Assembly (NCBI GenBank): GCA_963751455.1
Contig: CAVVUN010000015.1
Coordinates: 800,001 to 864,000, forward strand
DNA: 64,000 nucleotides
Source: Nitrospirota bacterium
GTDB lineage: Bacteria > Nitrospirota > UBA9217
Reading direction: 5' to 3'
The translations under genes and the position numbers were made by a program. Within the stretch, counting starts at the first letter, position 1; every line of letters begins with the position of its first letter. Below, piece after piece: positions 19,964 to 29,838 of the stretch. Under the pieces are notes generated by a model, which was not told where the DNA came from, did not search any database, and saw only the letters and a program-made list of their open reading frames with translations.

Positions 19964-22654
19964 ATGGGTACACGCTTCATCGGAGTAGTGCTCTTCCTTC
20001 TTATCTGCGTTCAACTCTTCGTTCAACCGGCATGCCCTGCCCATGCTCAGGAACTCGTCCGTTTCAGACTTACCTATACGACCATATACGGCGGGCTTAA
20101 GACCGCAGTAACCCCCCCGGATCAGACCGTTCCGCGTGTTGGTCTCGCTTTAGCAGGAGGCGGGGCAAAGGCCGCGGCTTCGATCGGGGTATTAAAGGTC
20201 CTCGCAGAGGAAGGCATACGCGTTTCCTGTGTCGCCGGAACGAGCATGGGAGCCGTGGTCGGGGGCATCCTGGCTGCGGGGTATCAACCGGACGAAATTG
20301 AGCGGATATTCATCGCGAACGACTGGAACGATGTATTCACGGACACGCCTGCACGCGCCTTTCTTACGCAGGAACAGAAGGAGGCCGGTTTCCGGCATCT
20401 GCTTGAATTCACGCTGCGCGACGGCGAGTTCATGGCGCCCTCGGGGCTGTCCGCGGGCCAGAAACTGATGAACCTTCTCGCCGCAAAAACTCTTGCAGCC
20501 TCGTTTGAGGCCGACCTCGACTTCGACCGGCTTAAAATACCCTACCGGGCCGTTGCCGCTGACATTGAGACCGGAGAGGCGGTCGTACTCGGCACGGGCC
20601 TTCTGCACGAAGCGATCAGGGCGAGCATGGCGATTCCGCTGGTATTCCAGCCGGTCGAGCTCAAGGGCCGGATGCTGGTGGACGGCGGGCTGGTCAACAA
20701 TCTTCCTGTCGACATCGCGCGGTCCATGGGTTCCGATGTGGTGATCGCCGTGGATTCTTCCGCAAAGCTCGAAAAAAAGGAACGGCTGGTCTCGCTTATT
20801 GAAATTATGAGTCAGTCCATCTCGCTTCAGGTCCGGCGCGAGTCGGAGCGCCAGGCGAAGCTCGCCGATCTCGTTATAACGCCGGATACCTCGGACTACT
20901 CATTCACGGACTTCCCCTTGATGCGCGAGATTATCCGCAAAGGCGAGCAGGCTGCCCGCGCCCAACTGCCCAGAATCCGCGAGTTGATGAAGCCGAGGAA
21001 AGCAATCCCTGAAGGTAACGAGCGGTACCGGCTTACGACTCTCACGGTCCGGGGGAACGTCAATGTTTCTGAAGCCACTATCCGGTATGCCATGGCGCCA
21101 GCGCTCTCGCCGCGCGAAGCGACCGCGGCCGAAATACGGAAGACTTTGACGGACGTCTTCAGGCTCGGTTATTTTTCCGACGCTGCCCTCGACCTGAAGC
21201 GGGAAGGAGAAGGGTATGAAGCCGTCCTTACCGTAGCTGAAAATCCGGTTGTTTTGTCGATCATGCTGACCGGTAATACCGTTCTACCTTCCGAAGAAAT
21301 CATGTCGTCACTCGACTGGCAGCGCAATCACCCGCTCAATGCTGAACGGCTTGCGGCCGAACTGGACAAGATTGTGGGTCAATACCGGAACCTGGGATAC
21401 CTGATGACCCGGGTGGAACGGGCGGGCATGAAGCCGGACGGTACGCTTGAAATAGTATTCTATGAAGGCCGTATTGATTCGATTACCATCACCGGCCAAA
21501 CGAGGACGAGTCGTTACCTGATACGGAGAGAGACCGTCACCAGGACCGGCCAGCCCCTGAACCTCGAAACTGCGGCATACGACATCCAGCATCTGTATGC
21601 CCTCGGTTACTTCGAATCGCTCTCCATCGATATGGCAAAGAGCGACCAGGGAGGGATCGATCTCACACTCAGGATCAGGGAAAAACCGGTCAACAAGATA
21701 AGGCTCGGCCTGCGCTACGATCTCGAGGACAGCTTCACGGGGCTTACGGATGTCGTGGTGGACAACGTGACGGGCAGGGGCGTCAAGCTCTTTCTGAACA
21801 CGCGCTATGGCAATTACACCGATATCATGCTGGGGTACCGTTCTCCGGTGATTCTCCGCACGTATTTCGTTCATACCGTGGACGGTTTCTACACGAACCG
21901 GAAATACTTCATTTATGAAGACAAGCATACGGTCAAACAGCTGGACATCACGCGCACGGGCGTTGAACTGGCATTCGGCTACCAGTGGTTCCGTTTCGGA
22001 GACACATACCTGCGGTACCGGTACGCATCGGATACGATACTGGAGACGCTTGGCGTTAATCCGCCTGAAGCCATTTTCCGGATCGGGAGCCTTGCGCTTC
22101 TGTCGACCGTGGACACGAGGGACATCAGCACCTTTGCGCACCGGGGCACTCTTTTCAAGGGTCTTTATGAAATCGCTGCTCCTGCATATGGGGGAAATGT
22201 CGAATACACGAAGGCCTCGCTCTATGGACAGGGCTTCTTCCCGCTTGCCGAACGGCATACCCTGGCGCTCGATGTGACCGCCGGGCTGGGCAGCGGAAAT
22301 ATTCCCTACGAGGAAAAATACGGTATAGGCGGCGCGGATTATCTTATCAGCTCTCCTCTTTTCGGCTTCCAGCGAAGGGAATTCACCGGAGACAACGTGG
22401 CCGCCTTTTCAATTGCATATCGCTGGATGATCAGCGAATACCAGCTTAGCTTCGCGAAGGCGGTGTATCTCAATCTCGCCTATCAAGCTGCCGATATCGG
22501 GGAAAACCGGGACGACGTCTCAGTTAAGGACCTGCGGACCGGGGCCGGCATAGGGTTGTATGCCGACACTGTTATCGGCCCGGTGCGGTTGGACTTCGGG
22601 CACGGTGAACAGCATCGGAATGCCGTGTACTTCTCGGCCGGGTTCGATTTTTAG
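19964..22654 (+). CDS. Patatin-like phospholipase with POTRA domains and Omp85 barrel (PlpD / type Vd-like)
   Basis: LAGGGAK, GTSMG, DGG; POTRA motifs (RLGYFSD, NLGY, YALGYFES); C-terminal YFSAGFDF. Confidence 0.9.
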   Translation: MGTRFIGVVLFLLICVQLFVQPACPAHAQELVRFRLTYTTIYGGLKTAVTPPDQTVPRVGLALAGGGAKAAASIGVLKVLAEEGIRVSCVAGTSMGAVVGGILAAGYQPDEIERIFIANDWNDVFTDTPARAFLTQEQKEAGFRHLLEFTLRDGEFMAPSGLSAGQKLMNLLAAKTLAASFEADLDFDRLKIPYRAVAADIETGEAVVLGTGLLHEAIRASMAIPLVFQPVELKGRMLVDGGLVNNLPVDIARSMGSDVVIAVDSSAKLEKKERLVSLIEIMSQSISLQVRRESERQAKLADLVITPDTSDYSFTDFPLMREIIRKGEQAARAQLPRIRELMKPRKAIPEGNERYRLTTLTVRGNVNVSEATIRYAMAPALSPREATAAEIRKTLTDVFRLGYFSDAALDLKREGEGYEAVLTVAENPVVLSIMLTGNTVLPSEEIMSSLDWQRNHPLNAERLAAELDKIVGQYRNLGYLMTRVERAGMKPDGTLEIVFYEGRIDSITITGQTRTSRYLIRRETVTRTGQPLNLETAAYDIQHLYALGYFESLSIDMAKSDQGGIDLTLRIREKPVNKIRLGLRYDLEDSFTGLTDVVVDNVTGRGVKLFLNTRYGNYTDIMLGYRSPVILRTYFVHTVDGFYTNRKYFIYEDKHTVKQLDITRTGVELAFGYQWFRFGDTYLRYRYASDTILETLGVNPPEAIFRIGSLALLSTVDTRDISTFAHRGTLFKGLYEIAAPAYGGNVEYTKASLYGQGFFPLAERHTLALDVTAGLGSGNIPYEEKYGIGGADYLISSPLFGFQRREFTGDNVAAFSIAYRWMISEYQLSFAKAVYLNLAYQAADIGENRDDVSVKDLRTGAGIGLYADTVIGPVRLDFGHGEQHRNAVYFSAGFDF

Positions 22655-22797
22655 ACTTTTCCTGCGTCTTAGGGCTTCTTCTGCTGTCGTCCCTCCTGTT
22701 TCAAGCTCGGCGCTATACTAAATGTATCTTTCGCTTTCCCGACTCTTACGGAGCGTCAAAGTTCTTGTTTGTCGGCGAATCTCCGGATATAGCAGCC

Positions 22798-23958
22798 ATG
22801 AATGTATATTTTGACAATAACTCAACGTCTCCTCTCGCTCCCGAAGTCCTTGATGCCATGCTTCCGTATCTTGCCGGCAAATTCGGCAATGCTTCGTCGG
22901 TCCATTCATGGGGCCGGGAGGCGAAGAAGGCGTTGGACGAATCAAGAGAAACGGTCGCCCGCGTGCTGGGAGCCGCACTGCCGGAATGCATCTGCTTTAC
23001 GGGTTCCGGATCCGAAGCCGATAACATGGCAATCCAGGGAATCGCCAGGGCTTTACGGAAAAAAGGAAAACATATCGTGACTTCGGCTGTCGAACATTCC
23101 GCGGTTCTCAATACGTGCAGATTCCTGGAGAAAGAAGGATTTGCAGTGAGCTATGTCAAGCCGGACCGGACCGGCCTGGTGTCCGCTCAGGCCGTAGAGT
23201 CGGCGCTGAAGGAAGATACCATTTTGATATCGGTGATGCACGCTAACAACGAAACGGGCACGATCAATCCGATTGCGGCAATCGGGAATGTCGCCAAAGC
23301 ACGAAATATCATTTTTCATACGGATGCCGTCCAGAGCTTCTGCAAGGTGCCCTTTACCGTTGATGAGCTCGGAGTGGATTTGCTGTCGATTTCCGCGCAC
23401 AAGATTCACGGACCGAAAGGGGTAGGCGCTTTGTATATCCGGGAGGCAGTTCCGCTGACACCCCTGGTCTTCGGCGGGCATCAGGAGGAAGGCCGCCGGG
23501 CAGGGACCGAGAATGTGGCGGGGATCGTGGGTCTGGCGCTGGCTGCGGCAGACGCCCGCAGGATTATGGAAGAATCAAGCCGGAGGATGAAGCTCCTCAG
23601 AGACAGGCTGGAAAAAGGGCTCGCTGCCAGGATACCTCCTGTGCGGTTGAACGGGCACCCCGAGCTGCGGCTTCCGAACACCGTGAACCTGTCCTTCCCG
23701 TTTGTTGAGTCCGAGGCATTGCTCCTGGAACTCGATTTGAAGGGTGTGGCCGTCTCTTCAGGATCGGCTTGCACCTCGGGCACGGGCGAGCCTTCTCACG
23801 TGCTGCTGGCAATGGGAATACCGGCCGAGATATGCCGCGGGGCTTTGAGGTTTTCGCTCGGAACACAGAACACTGCAGAAGAAATCGATTATGTTCTCGA
23901 CATCCTGCCGGAGATTGCGGGCCGCATACGCGCAATGTCGCCCCTGTCGGCGGCGTGA
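22798..23958 (+). CDS. iscS: Cysteine desulfurase (IscS/NifS group I)
   Basis: YFDNNSTSP, GNASSVH, HTDAVQ, SAHKIHGPKG, SSGSACTS. Confidence 0.9.
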   Translation: MNVYFDNNSTSPLAPEVLDAMLPYLAGKFGNASSVHSWGREAKKALDESRETVARVLGAALPECICFTGSGSEADNMAIQGIARALRKKGKHIVTSAVEHSAVLNTCRFLEKEGFAVSYVKPDRTGLVSAQAVESALKEDTILISVMHANNETGTINPIAAIGNVAKARNIIFHTDAVQSFCKVPFTVDELGVDLLSISAHKIHGPKGVGALYIREAVPLTPLVFGGHQEEGRRAGTENVAGIVGLALAAADARRIMEESSRRMKLLRDRLEKGLAARIPPVRLNGHPELRLPNTVNLSFPFVESEALLLELDLKGVAVSSGSACTSGTGEPSHVLLAMGIPAEICRGALRFSLGTQNTAEEIDYVLDILPEIAGRIRAMSPLSAA

Positions 23959-24037
23959 GTGTTGTTTCTGCCCCGATGTTTTGCGGGAAGCGACATGTCC
24001 TGCAAAATACGTCAAAGTCATTTAAAGGGGAATTATC

Positions 24038-24694
24038 ATGAACCAGCAGAATTTCACGCAGTCCGCCGGATATAATCATATAATTTTTTTTCCGCTGGAT
24101 CATTTGAAGCAGGAGCAACCGTGGCCCACAATCGTGTTTCTTCACGGCGCCGGAGAACGCGGAAATGATCTTAAACTGGTCACCAGTCAGGGTCTTCCCC
24201 GCATGTTGAAAGACCGCGACGATTTTCCTTTCATAACCGTTGCGCCCCAGTGCCCTGAAGACGAATACTGGATTCCGTCGATGGTCGATGAATTGATCCT
24301 GATGGTTGCTGATAAATTCAGGGTTGACACGGACAGACTATACCTGACGGGCATCAGTATGGGAGGGTATGCAACGTGGGTGACCGCAATCGATTTTCCG
24401 GACAGGTTTGCGGCAATCGCGCCGATTTGCGGAGGAGGAGACCCGGACAAGGTCTCCGTCATAAAGCACCTGCCGGCATGGTCGTTTCACGGAGCAAAGG
24501 ACCCCGTTGTAAAAGTCACCGAATCGGAAGAAATGGTTAAAGCCCTGAAAAAGGCGGGAGGCAATGTGAGGTTCACGCTCTATCCGGAAGGCGGACACGA
24601 CGTATGGACCGAGACCTATAATAATCCCTCGCTCTATGACTGGTTTCTCTCCCAGAGCCGGAAGAACCAGGCATTCGGGAGCAAGGCATCCTGA
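24038..24694 (+). CDS. Alpha/beta hydrolase (predicted peptidase/carboxylesterase)
   Basis: FLHGAGERG, GISMGG nucleophile elbow, FHGAKD, GHDVW. Confidence 0.88.
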   Translation: MNQQNFTQSAGYNHIIFFPLDHLKQEQPWPTIVFLHGAGERGNDLKLVTSQGLPRMLKDRDDFPFITVAPQCPEDEYWIPSMVDELILMVADKFRVDTDRLYLTGISMGGYATWVTAIDFPDRFAAIAPICGGGDPDKVSVIKHLPAWSFHGAKDPVVKVTESEEMVKALKKAGGNVRFTLYPEGGHDVWTETYNNPSLYDWFLSQSRKNQAFGSKAS

Positions 24695-24706
24695 TTCAAA
24701 CCGGCG

Positions 24707-25834
24707 TTATTCATCCTGTCCTGAAGAAGGAGCGGAGGTGAGGGCGGAGTTTGCGGGGTCCTTATAGCAGCAGACCCTGTTCCTGCCCATATCCTTTGCT
24801 TTATACAATCCGTTGTCAGCCCTGTCCAGGAGTTCAAATACGGTTGAGGCGTCGCGGGGGTAGCTGCTGTAGCCGCCGCTGATCGTTATTCTGACTACTA
24901 TGCCGGAGGCGATCGGAAATTCGGCCTCTTCGACTTTTTTTCGGATCCTTTCGGCGATCTCCATTTCTGCCCCGTTGCTGTCCGGCATAAGGATCACGAA
25001 TTCCTCGCCACCGTACCGTGCGACCGTATCCATGACGCGCGCATTAGATTTTATGATACGGGCCACTCCTTTGAGCAGCACATTTCCCTTTTGATGGCCC
25101 CACGTATCGTTCACTTTTTTAAAAAAATCGAGGTCGAAAATGACCACAGAGAAAGGCTTGCCTGTGCGGTCGCTTCGTGCCTGTTCTTTCTTCAACTCAT
25201 CGACAAAAAAAGCGTAATTATGGAGTCCCGTCAATCTATCCACGATCGATTCTCTATGGAACCCCTCGAGCAGCTCAAGCGTATAATGCTCTTCCCGTGA
25301 GAAAATGCCCCCGAAAAGCGAAACAGCCATAAAGGAAAAGAGTCCCGGAATCAGCCTGTCCAGGACTGAGAAATCGGTCAGCACGGCAGTATGGTAAACA
25401 AGATACATATGGATGATGGCGATCGGGAACTGCAGGCGCAAGGATTTCACAAAGCCGAACCGCGCACCCGCAGTAAACAGAGTGAGATACCAGAGAAAGA
25501 AAAAGGGACTGTTCACCCCGCCCGTAAAAAAAAGTCCGACAGCGACTGCGATTATATCGCAGTACATGGAAAAATGAGTGATGTTGATTGAAAAACTGTC
25601 GCTTCTCCTCATGAAAACCATGATGAAGGAGTTATAGGCCGCGGCGAAGAGAAGAAGCAGGTTAAAGAGGTGGATGGGCCATCCCTCGGGCTCGATGATG
25701 TTGAGATAAGAAAACACAAAAATGATAACGATCCAGCGGCCGATCGCCACAGAGCGTTCGGTGATACGGTAATTTTGAGCTTTTACCTCGTCGCTGACAC
25801 CTGAACTTTTTTCATTATCAGCCATAGAACTCAC
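24707..25834 (-). CDS. Membrane-bound diguanylate cyclase (GGDEF)
   Basis: N-terminal TM helices; DRLTGLHN, DLDFFKKVND.WGH, RYGGEEF with RxxD I-site (RVMD). Confidence 0.93.
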   Translation of the reverse strand: MSSMADNEKSSGVSDEVKAQNYRITERSVAIGRWIVIIFVFSYLNIIEPEGWPIHLFNLLLLFAAAYNSFIMVFMRRSDSFSINITHFSMYCDIIAVAVGLFFTGGVNSPFFFLWYLTLFTAGARFGFVKSLRLQFPIAIIHMYLVYHTAVLTDFSVLDRLIPGLFSFMAVSLFGGIFSREEHYTLELLEGFHRESIVDRLTGLHNYAFFVDELKKEQARSDRTGKPFSVVIFDLDFFKKVNDTWGHQKGNVLLKGVARIIKSNARVMDTVARYGGEEFVILMPDSNGAEMEIAERIRKKVEEAEFPIASGIVVRITISGGYSSYPRDASTVFELLDRADNGLYKAKDMGRNRVCCYKDPANSALTSAPSSGQDE

Positions 25835-26079
25835 CTTGCAGTCGATCCTCGTTTCATGATTCGAAATCGTAGCAGGATATGAAACTTAATGCAACCTAAA
25901 AATTATAGTTTTTGCAATATTTTATGGGTAATTTTCACCTGAATGGGATTCAGAGAGGAAGGGTTTAATAGATATAAGGGTGCGATATATAAAGACAAAT
26001 ACTGCTTTTTACGTACCTGCAGATAGAGGACGAAAGAGAGGGTCACTACCAAACTATTTACTGTTCGGAGATGAATCAT

Positions 26080-26243
26080 CCTGAAAAAAGCAGTTGGACA
26101 CGGATAAAATCTGATCAACACGGATTTATAGGAAGTTACGAACAGTAATGGATTCACCCAAAAGGCGAGATGGCTTTTTGCTCTATCACATTGTTTTGAT
26201 CCGCTGTTTCCGTGTTCATCCGTGTTCAAATGCCGTTTTTAGG
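26080..26243. mobile_element. 164-bp MITE, CCTGAAAAA...TTTTTAGG ends, 5-bp target duplication
   Basis: Identical to 31537-31700; flanks ATCAT / ATAAT (4/5); internal CACGGAT-unit palindrome. Confidence 0.88.
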
Positions 26244-26247
26244 ATAA

Positions 26248-26490
26248 TCAGCTCTTGATTGCTTTTTTCAGCCGCTCGAGTTTGTCGGCGCCTACGCACT
26301 CCTTTGCAAAGGCGCACCATTCGATGCAAGAGGTGCCGAGCGGCCGGGAATTCACGTGACCGCAGTTCCTGCAGGTTGTGTCCGGCTCATCGGTCCATAT
26401 CTCGATCTTTTCGCCGCACTTCTGGCACCTGATGTCTTCGGGTTTGGGAGTTCTTATTTCAGCGCTTCCTGGGCATCCTTCTTTAAACAT
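26248..26490 (-). CDS. Small Cys-rich putative metal-binding protein
   Basis: CPG...CQKC...EIWTDE...CRNC...CIEWC.FAKEC; 8 Cys in 80 aa. Confidence 0.75.
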   Translation of the reverse strand: MFKEGCPGSAEIRTPKPEDIRCQKCGEKIEIWTDEPDTTCRNCGHVNSRPLGTSCIEWCAFAKECVGADKLERLKKAIKS

Positions 26491-26523
26491 GACTTAATTT
26501 TACCCTATATTTCCGGATAAATC

Positions 26524-26539
26524 TATGACATGGATCATA
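26524..26539. promoter_or_regulatory. Possible CRP/FNR-family binding site
   Basis: TATGA-N6-TCATA palindrome about 40 bp upstream of the Cys-rich gene. Confidence 0.3.
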
Positions 26540-26619
26540 TACCGGCGCGGTATCAACCATCCGTGGACTGAACCCAACTTGGTTGCCTTGGACATATGAG
26601 GGCAACACGGTCCAAATAT

Positions 26620-29613
26620 TTACAATGTGACTTTGATTTCCATTTCCCGGGCTGCCCGTAAGAAGCGCTTTCGGAGCACCCTGACTTTAAGGATGTCTCC
26701 TTTCTGCTTGTAAAAAAGAATGAGTTTGATTTCCTCGACGCTGGCTACGTTCGAGCCGTCCAGTGAGAGGATCATATCGCCGACCTCAATGCCGGCGGTC
26801 TTCGATACGCTGTTTGGAGCAAGGTCCTTGACGCTGATGCGGTTGTTTTCGACGCTCAGCACGGCCATGAGTTTAGGGGCTGCCTCGCCTTCAAGCGGTT
26901 GTGGCTGGACGATATAATCGGCGACGCCGGGCGCGATATCCTCATCGTTCACAATAATGTAATACGGTATGCTGTTTCTGCGGTACGTCCGCTTCGGGAT
27001 GCCTGATCCGAAAACTATGTGGCCATTACCGGCAAGCACGAGCATCCGGTATTCCGGTTTCTTCTTCAGGAACTCGTCGATCGACAGGGACATTGTTTCA
27101 TCCCATAAAACCTGGGCCTGGTAAAAGAAATCAAAGTTTTTTTCTTCGGATTTTTTGTGCCGGCTAAAGACGTCTTTGAGCCGTTCACGGTATGCGTTAT
27201 CCGAGAAGTCCAACTCAGCAGGGACATCCTTCTTCTCATCGGCTTCAAGCGAATCGATGCCTCCCTTCGATACCTTGTCCACGATTTCTCTTTTCAGGTT
27301 CAAGGCAACCACCGGTATTTTCCGGGAGCGGCAAAAATCAAGGATCGGTTTGTAGAGGTTATAGTCAAAGCCCCATCTTTTAAAGTATTCCGACTTTGCA
27401 AGGAACTGTTTCTCGTCGATCGACCCGGCCAGATAATCATCGAGGACGTTCTGAAAGGGGCGCTGGAACATTTCCATGCCCACGGCGATTTTCGGCTCTT
27501 TTTCGTAAAAACTCTCGAGTACCTGCAGCTGCACCATATGGTGACTGTACTCGTCGTGGCGTTCTCCCACATAAACGATCTTTTTTCCGTTCGCCGCTGC
27601 GATGGCGTCGTCGACAGTCTTTACGGAGGAAGGTTCGAACGCGGCAGCCGGTTCCCTCAATTCCATTCGTATGCCCCTTTCCGAATCCCCGAGTTTCATT
27701 TCGATGTTTTTCCCTTTATCGAAAGATACTATGCTGTATTCCGCATAGTCCGGAATCACGCGCAAGGCTTCCTGGGTTTCCGCCGCTGACCTGCTGTTGA
27801 TTATGGCAACCACTTTGGCGGAATTCCAGGGGTTCTTCCTTACAACAATACTGAACCCCGCCCGGCTGCTTCGGGCAGCGCCGAACAATCGCGGAATAAC
27901 CGGGTTATCGCTGCCGAAAATGACCAGCGACGCATTCTTGGTGTCAGCGTCCTTGAAGTCGGCAGCTGCTTTTTCCCGGGCGCCGGTGCTCTTCAACAGT
28001 GTAATCGCCGGTTTGTACGCTTCTTCATTTGAAACAGGCATAACGATCAGAAGGCTGCTTTCGCCGAGCACTGCCGCAACAGCGGGCGGCGTTTCATCAT
28101 CGCTGAGCGTCCGGGCTACGTTATACCCGTGGTCAATTGTCAGGCTCCGGGGTTCTTCTTTAGTGCGGACCATAACATTCTTTTTTGCCGAGTCCAGCAC
28201 CAGCGGTTCTGTTGTCATTCCGCCCCGCGTAAGAGATATCTCTTCCTGAAGGTCCAGGTTGTAAACAGTTTGTTTCTGCAAGACGCTGAAATCGATCTTG
28301 AACTCTCCGTTCTTCCACCGTACGGATCCCTTTTCAACGATCAGTTCAGGCAGCCCCTTTTGCTCGAGCCATTGCCTGAAAAAGGGGGAATAATCTTTTT
28401 TCGCTCGTTTTTCAAAACTCGTCCTGAGCTCGTCCCACCCTGCCCGGCTGTATTGGTTTGCAGCCACAAAATCGCGCAACGCATTGAAAAAGGATTCCTC
28501 CTCCATTGACTGCTTCAGCATGTGAAATAAAAGAGCGCCTTTTCCGTTTCCTATTGCCCTTGCCGCAGGGTCTGTTCCCAGCCTGAAAGCTCTGAGCGAT
28601 ATTTCGTTTTCAGGTTTGACATATGCGCGGTAATCCAGCAACAACCGCTTCCGGAATTCTTCTCCCCGGTCTTTCTGCTCTTCCAGCCGGTGGTCCGCAA
28701 GGTATGTGATCAGTCCGTCGGCCCAGTTGCCTGTTTCAAAATCGACAAAGACAAGGTTCCCAAACCATTGCCGCAGCAGCTCGCGACTGACCGTTCTCTC
28801 GGAAATTGACGGTGCGAGAACGTCGCTTTGGCCCAGAAGCATGAAGGTGGGTGCAGAATACCCGAGCTGCAGAACGCTTTCCACGATCGAAAACCGGGGA
28901 TAAGGATACTTTCCAAGCTGCTTCTCATAAAATTCAAAAAACTTCTTCGCCAAACGGAGAGACATCGCTGCCTGTCCCTGGTGTTCTTGAAAAAAATAGG
29001 CGAACAGCTCAATTCCGTTCACCCGGTCCGCCAGTATTCGATATCGCCCGCTTGCTATGAGATTGACACTCTGGAGCGGTCGGTCGAAGCGGAACAGGAA
29101 CTCCGTATGGTTGCCGCGTACGGTCTGCTTCACATATTCAGCCTCGGCTACGGCTTCATATCCGTTCGGAAGAAGCGCTCTCACCCGGTACTGGAGAGGT
29201 TTCTCGGGCCTGGGATACCAGGTTCCCTGCAGGAAAACGCCGCGGCTGTCGATGATATTTTGCTTCGCTGCGGGATCGGACCGGTCATCGAGCGGTCCGC
29301 GTTTAAAATAACCTTCGTACCGTATGTTTAAAATGCCGGATGCCGACGGCACAATACTGATCCTTTCGTCGTCGGTTTTAACATAATCGATATTGTCTCC
29401 ATTCAACGTTACACCTGAGAGCACAATGTCATCGGTCTTAAATACCATCTTCTCGCCCGCACGCGCTTTTACGTTTGCCTCGCCGGAAATGCGGGATGCG
29501 GCGATATCGAATGATACCGAGAGATCGTAATCGGGCTCCGGATCATTGCGTGCCCAGGCTTCGGCAACAGGAACAGATAGCACCAAACAAAACACGAGCA
29601 GTCGAACGAACAT
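26620..29613 (-). CDS. Exported fusion: M1 aminopeptidase-like (degenerate active site) + ChaN/EreA-like + PDZ
   Basis: Signal peptide; YPYPRFSIVE, RELLRQWFGN, KGALLFHML; VYVGERHD...GMEMFQ...AQVLWDETM...AGNGH; C-terminal AGIEVGDMILSLDG. Confidence 0.85.
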   Translation of the reverse strand: MFVRLLVFCLVLSVPVAEAWARNDPEPDYDLSVSFDIAASRISGEANVKARAGEKMVFKTDDIVLSGVTLNGDNIDYVKTDDERISIVPSASGILNIRYEGYFKRGPLDDRSDPAAKQNIIDSRGVFLQGTWYPRPEKPLQYRVRALLPNGYEAVAEAEYVKQTVRGNHTEFLFRFDRPLQSVNLIASGRYRILADRVNGIELFAYFFQEHQGQAAMSLRLAKKFFEFYEKQLGKYPYPRFSIVESVLQLGYSAPTFMLLGQSDVLAPSISERTVSRELLRQWFGNLVFVDFETGNWADGLITYLADHRLEEQKDRGEEFRKRLLLDYRAYVKPENEISLRAFRLGTDPAARAIGNGKGALLFHMLKQSMEEESFFNALRDFVAANQYSRAGWDELRTSFEKRAKKDYSPFFRQWLEQKGLPELIVEKGSVRWKNGEFKIDFSVLQKQTVYNLDLQEEISLTRGGMTTEPLVLDSAKKNVMVRTKEEPRSLTIDHGYNVARTLSDDETPPAVAAVLGESSLLIVMPVSNEEAYKPAITLLKSTGAREKAAADFKDADTKNASLVIFGSDNPVIPRLFGAARSSRAGFSIVVRKNPWNSAKVVAIINSRSAAETQEALRVIPDYAEYSIVSFDKGKNIEMKLGDSERGIRMELREPAAAFEPSSVKTVDDAIAAANGKKIVYVGERHDEYSHHMVQLQVLESFYEKEPKIAVGMEMFQRPFQNVLDDYLAGSIDEKQFLAKSEYFKRWGFDYNLYKPILDFCRSRKIPVVALNLKREIVDKVSKGGIDSLEADEKKDVPAELDFSDNAYRERLKDVFSRHKKSEEKNFDFFYQAQVLWDETMSLSIDEFLKKKPEYRMLVLAGNGHIVFGSGIPKRTYRRNSIPYYIIVNDEDIAPGVADYIVQPQPLEGEAAPKLMAVLSVENNRISVKDLAPNSVSKTAGIEVGDMILSLDGSNVASVEEIKLILFYKQKGDILKVRVLRKRFLRAAREMEIKVTL

Positions 29614-29838
29614 ACATACCTCTTATCTCAAATCGGCAAGATCATAACAAAAAAAATGATAGATATCCACACGTTATTTGCCGGGAGACGGTGCACGCCT
29701 GGTTTTTGCCGTTAAAATGAACTTTTTTTGTTTATTTTCCCGATATTTGACTTGAATTATCCGGAATACATAACTATAATTAGTATCCAGATTCGTTATT
29801 TAATAATCCGTGCAGCACGATCAGGAGGCGTAAGAAAG

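Noticed and set aside
21308-22258. Long antisense ORFs (also 4056-4994, 36927-37730, 61840-62616)
   Set aside because: Shadow frames of well-supported GC-rich genes on the opposite strand.
25903-26229. ORF beginning MNTDEHG, and similar ORFs at 436-624, 31683-31973 and 59376-59561
   Set aside because: They are read-throughs of the MITEs or palindromes, with no RBS or domain signal.
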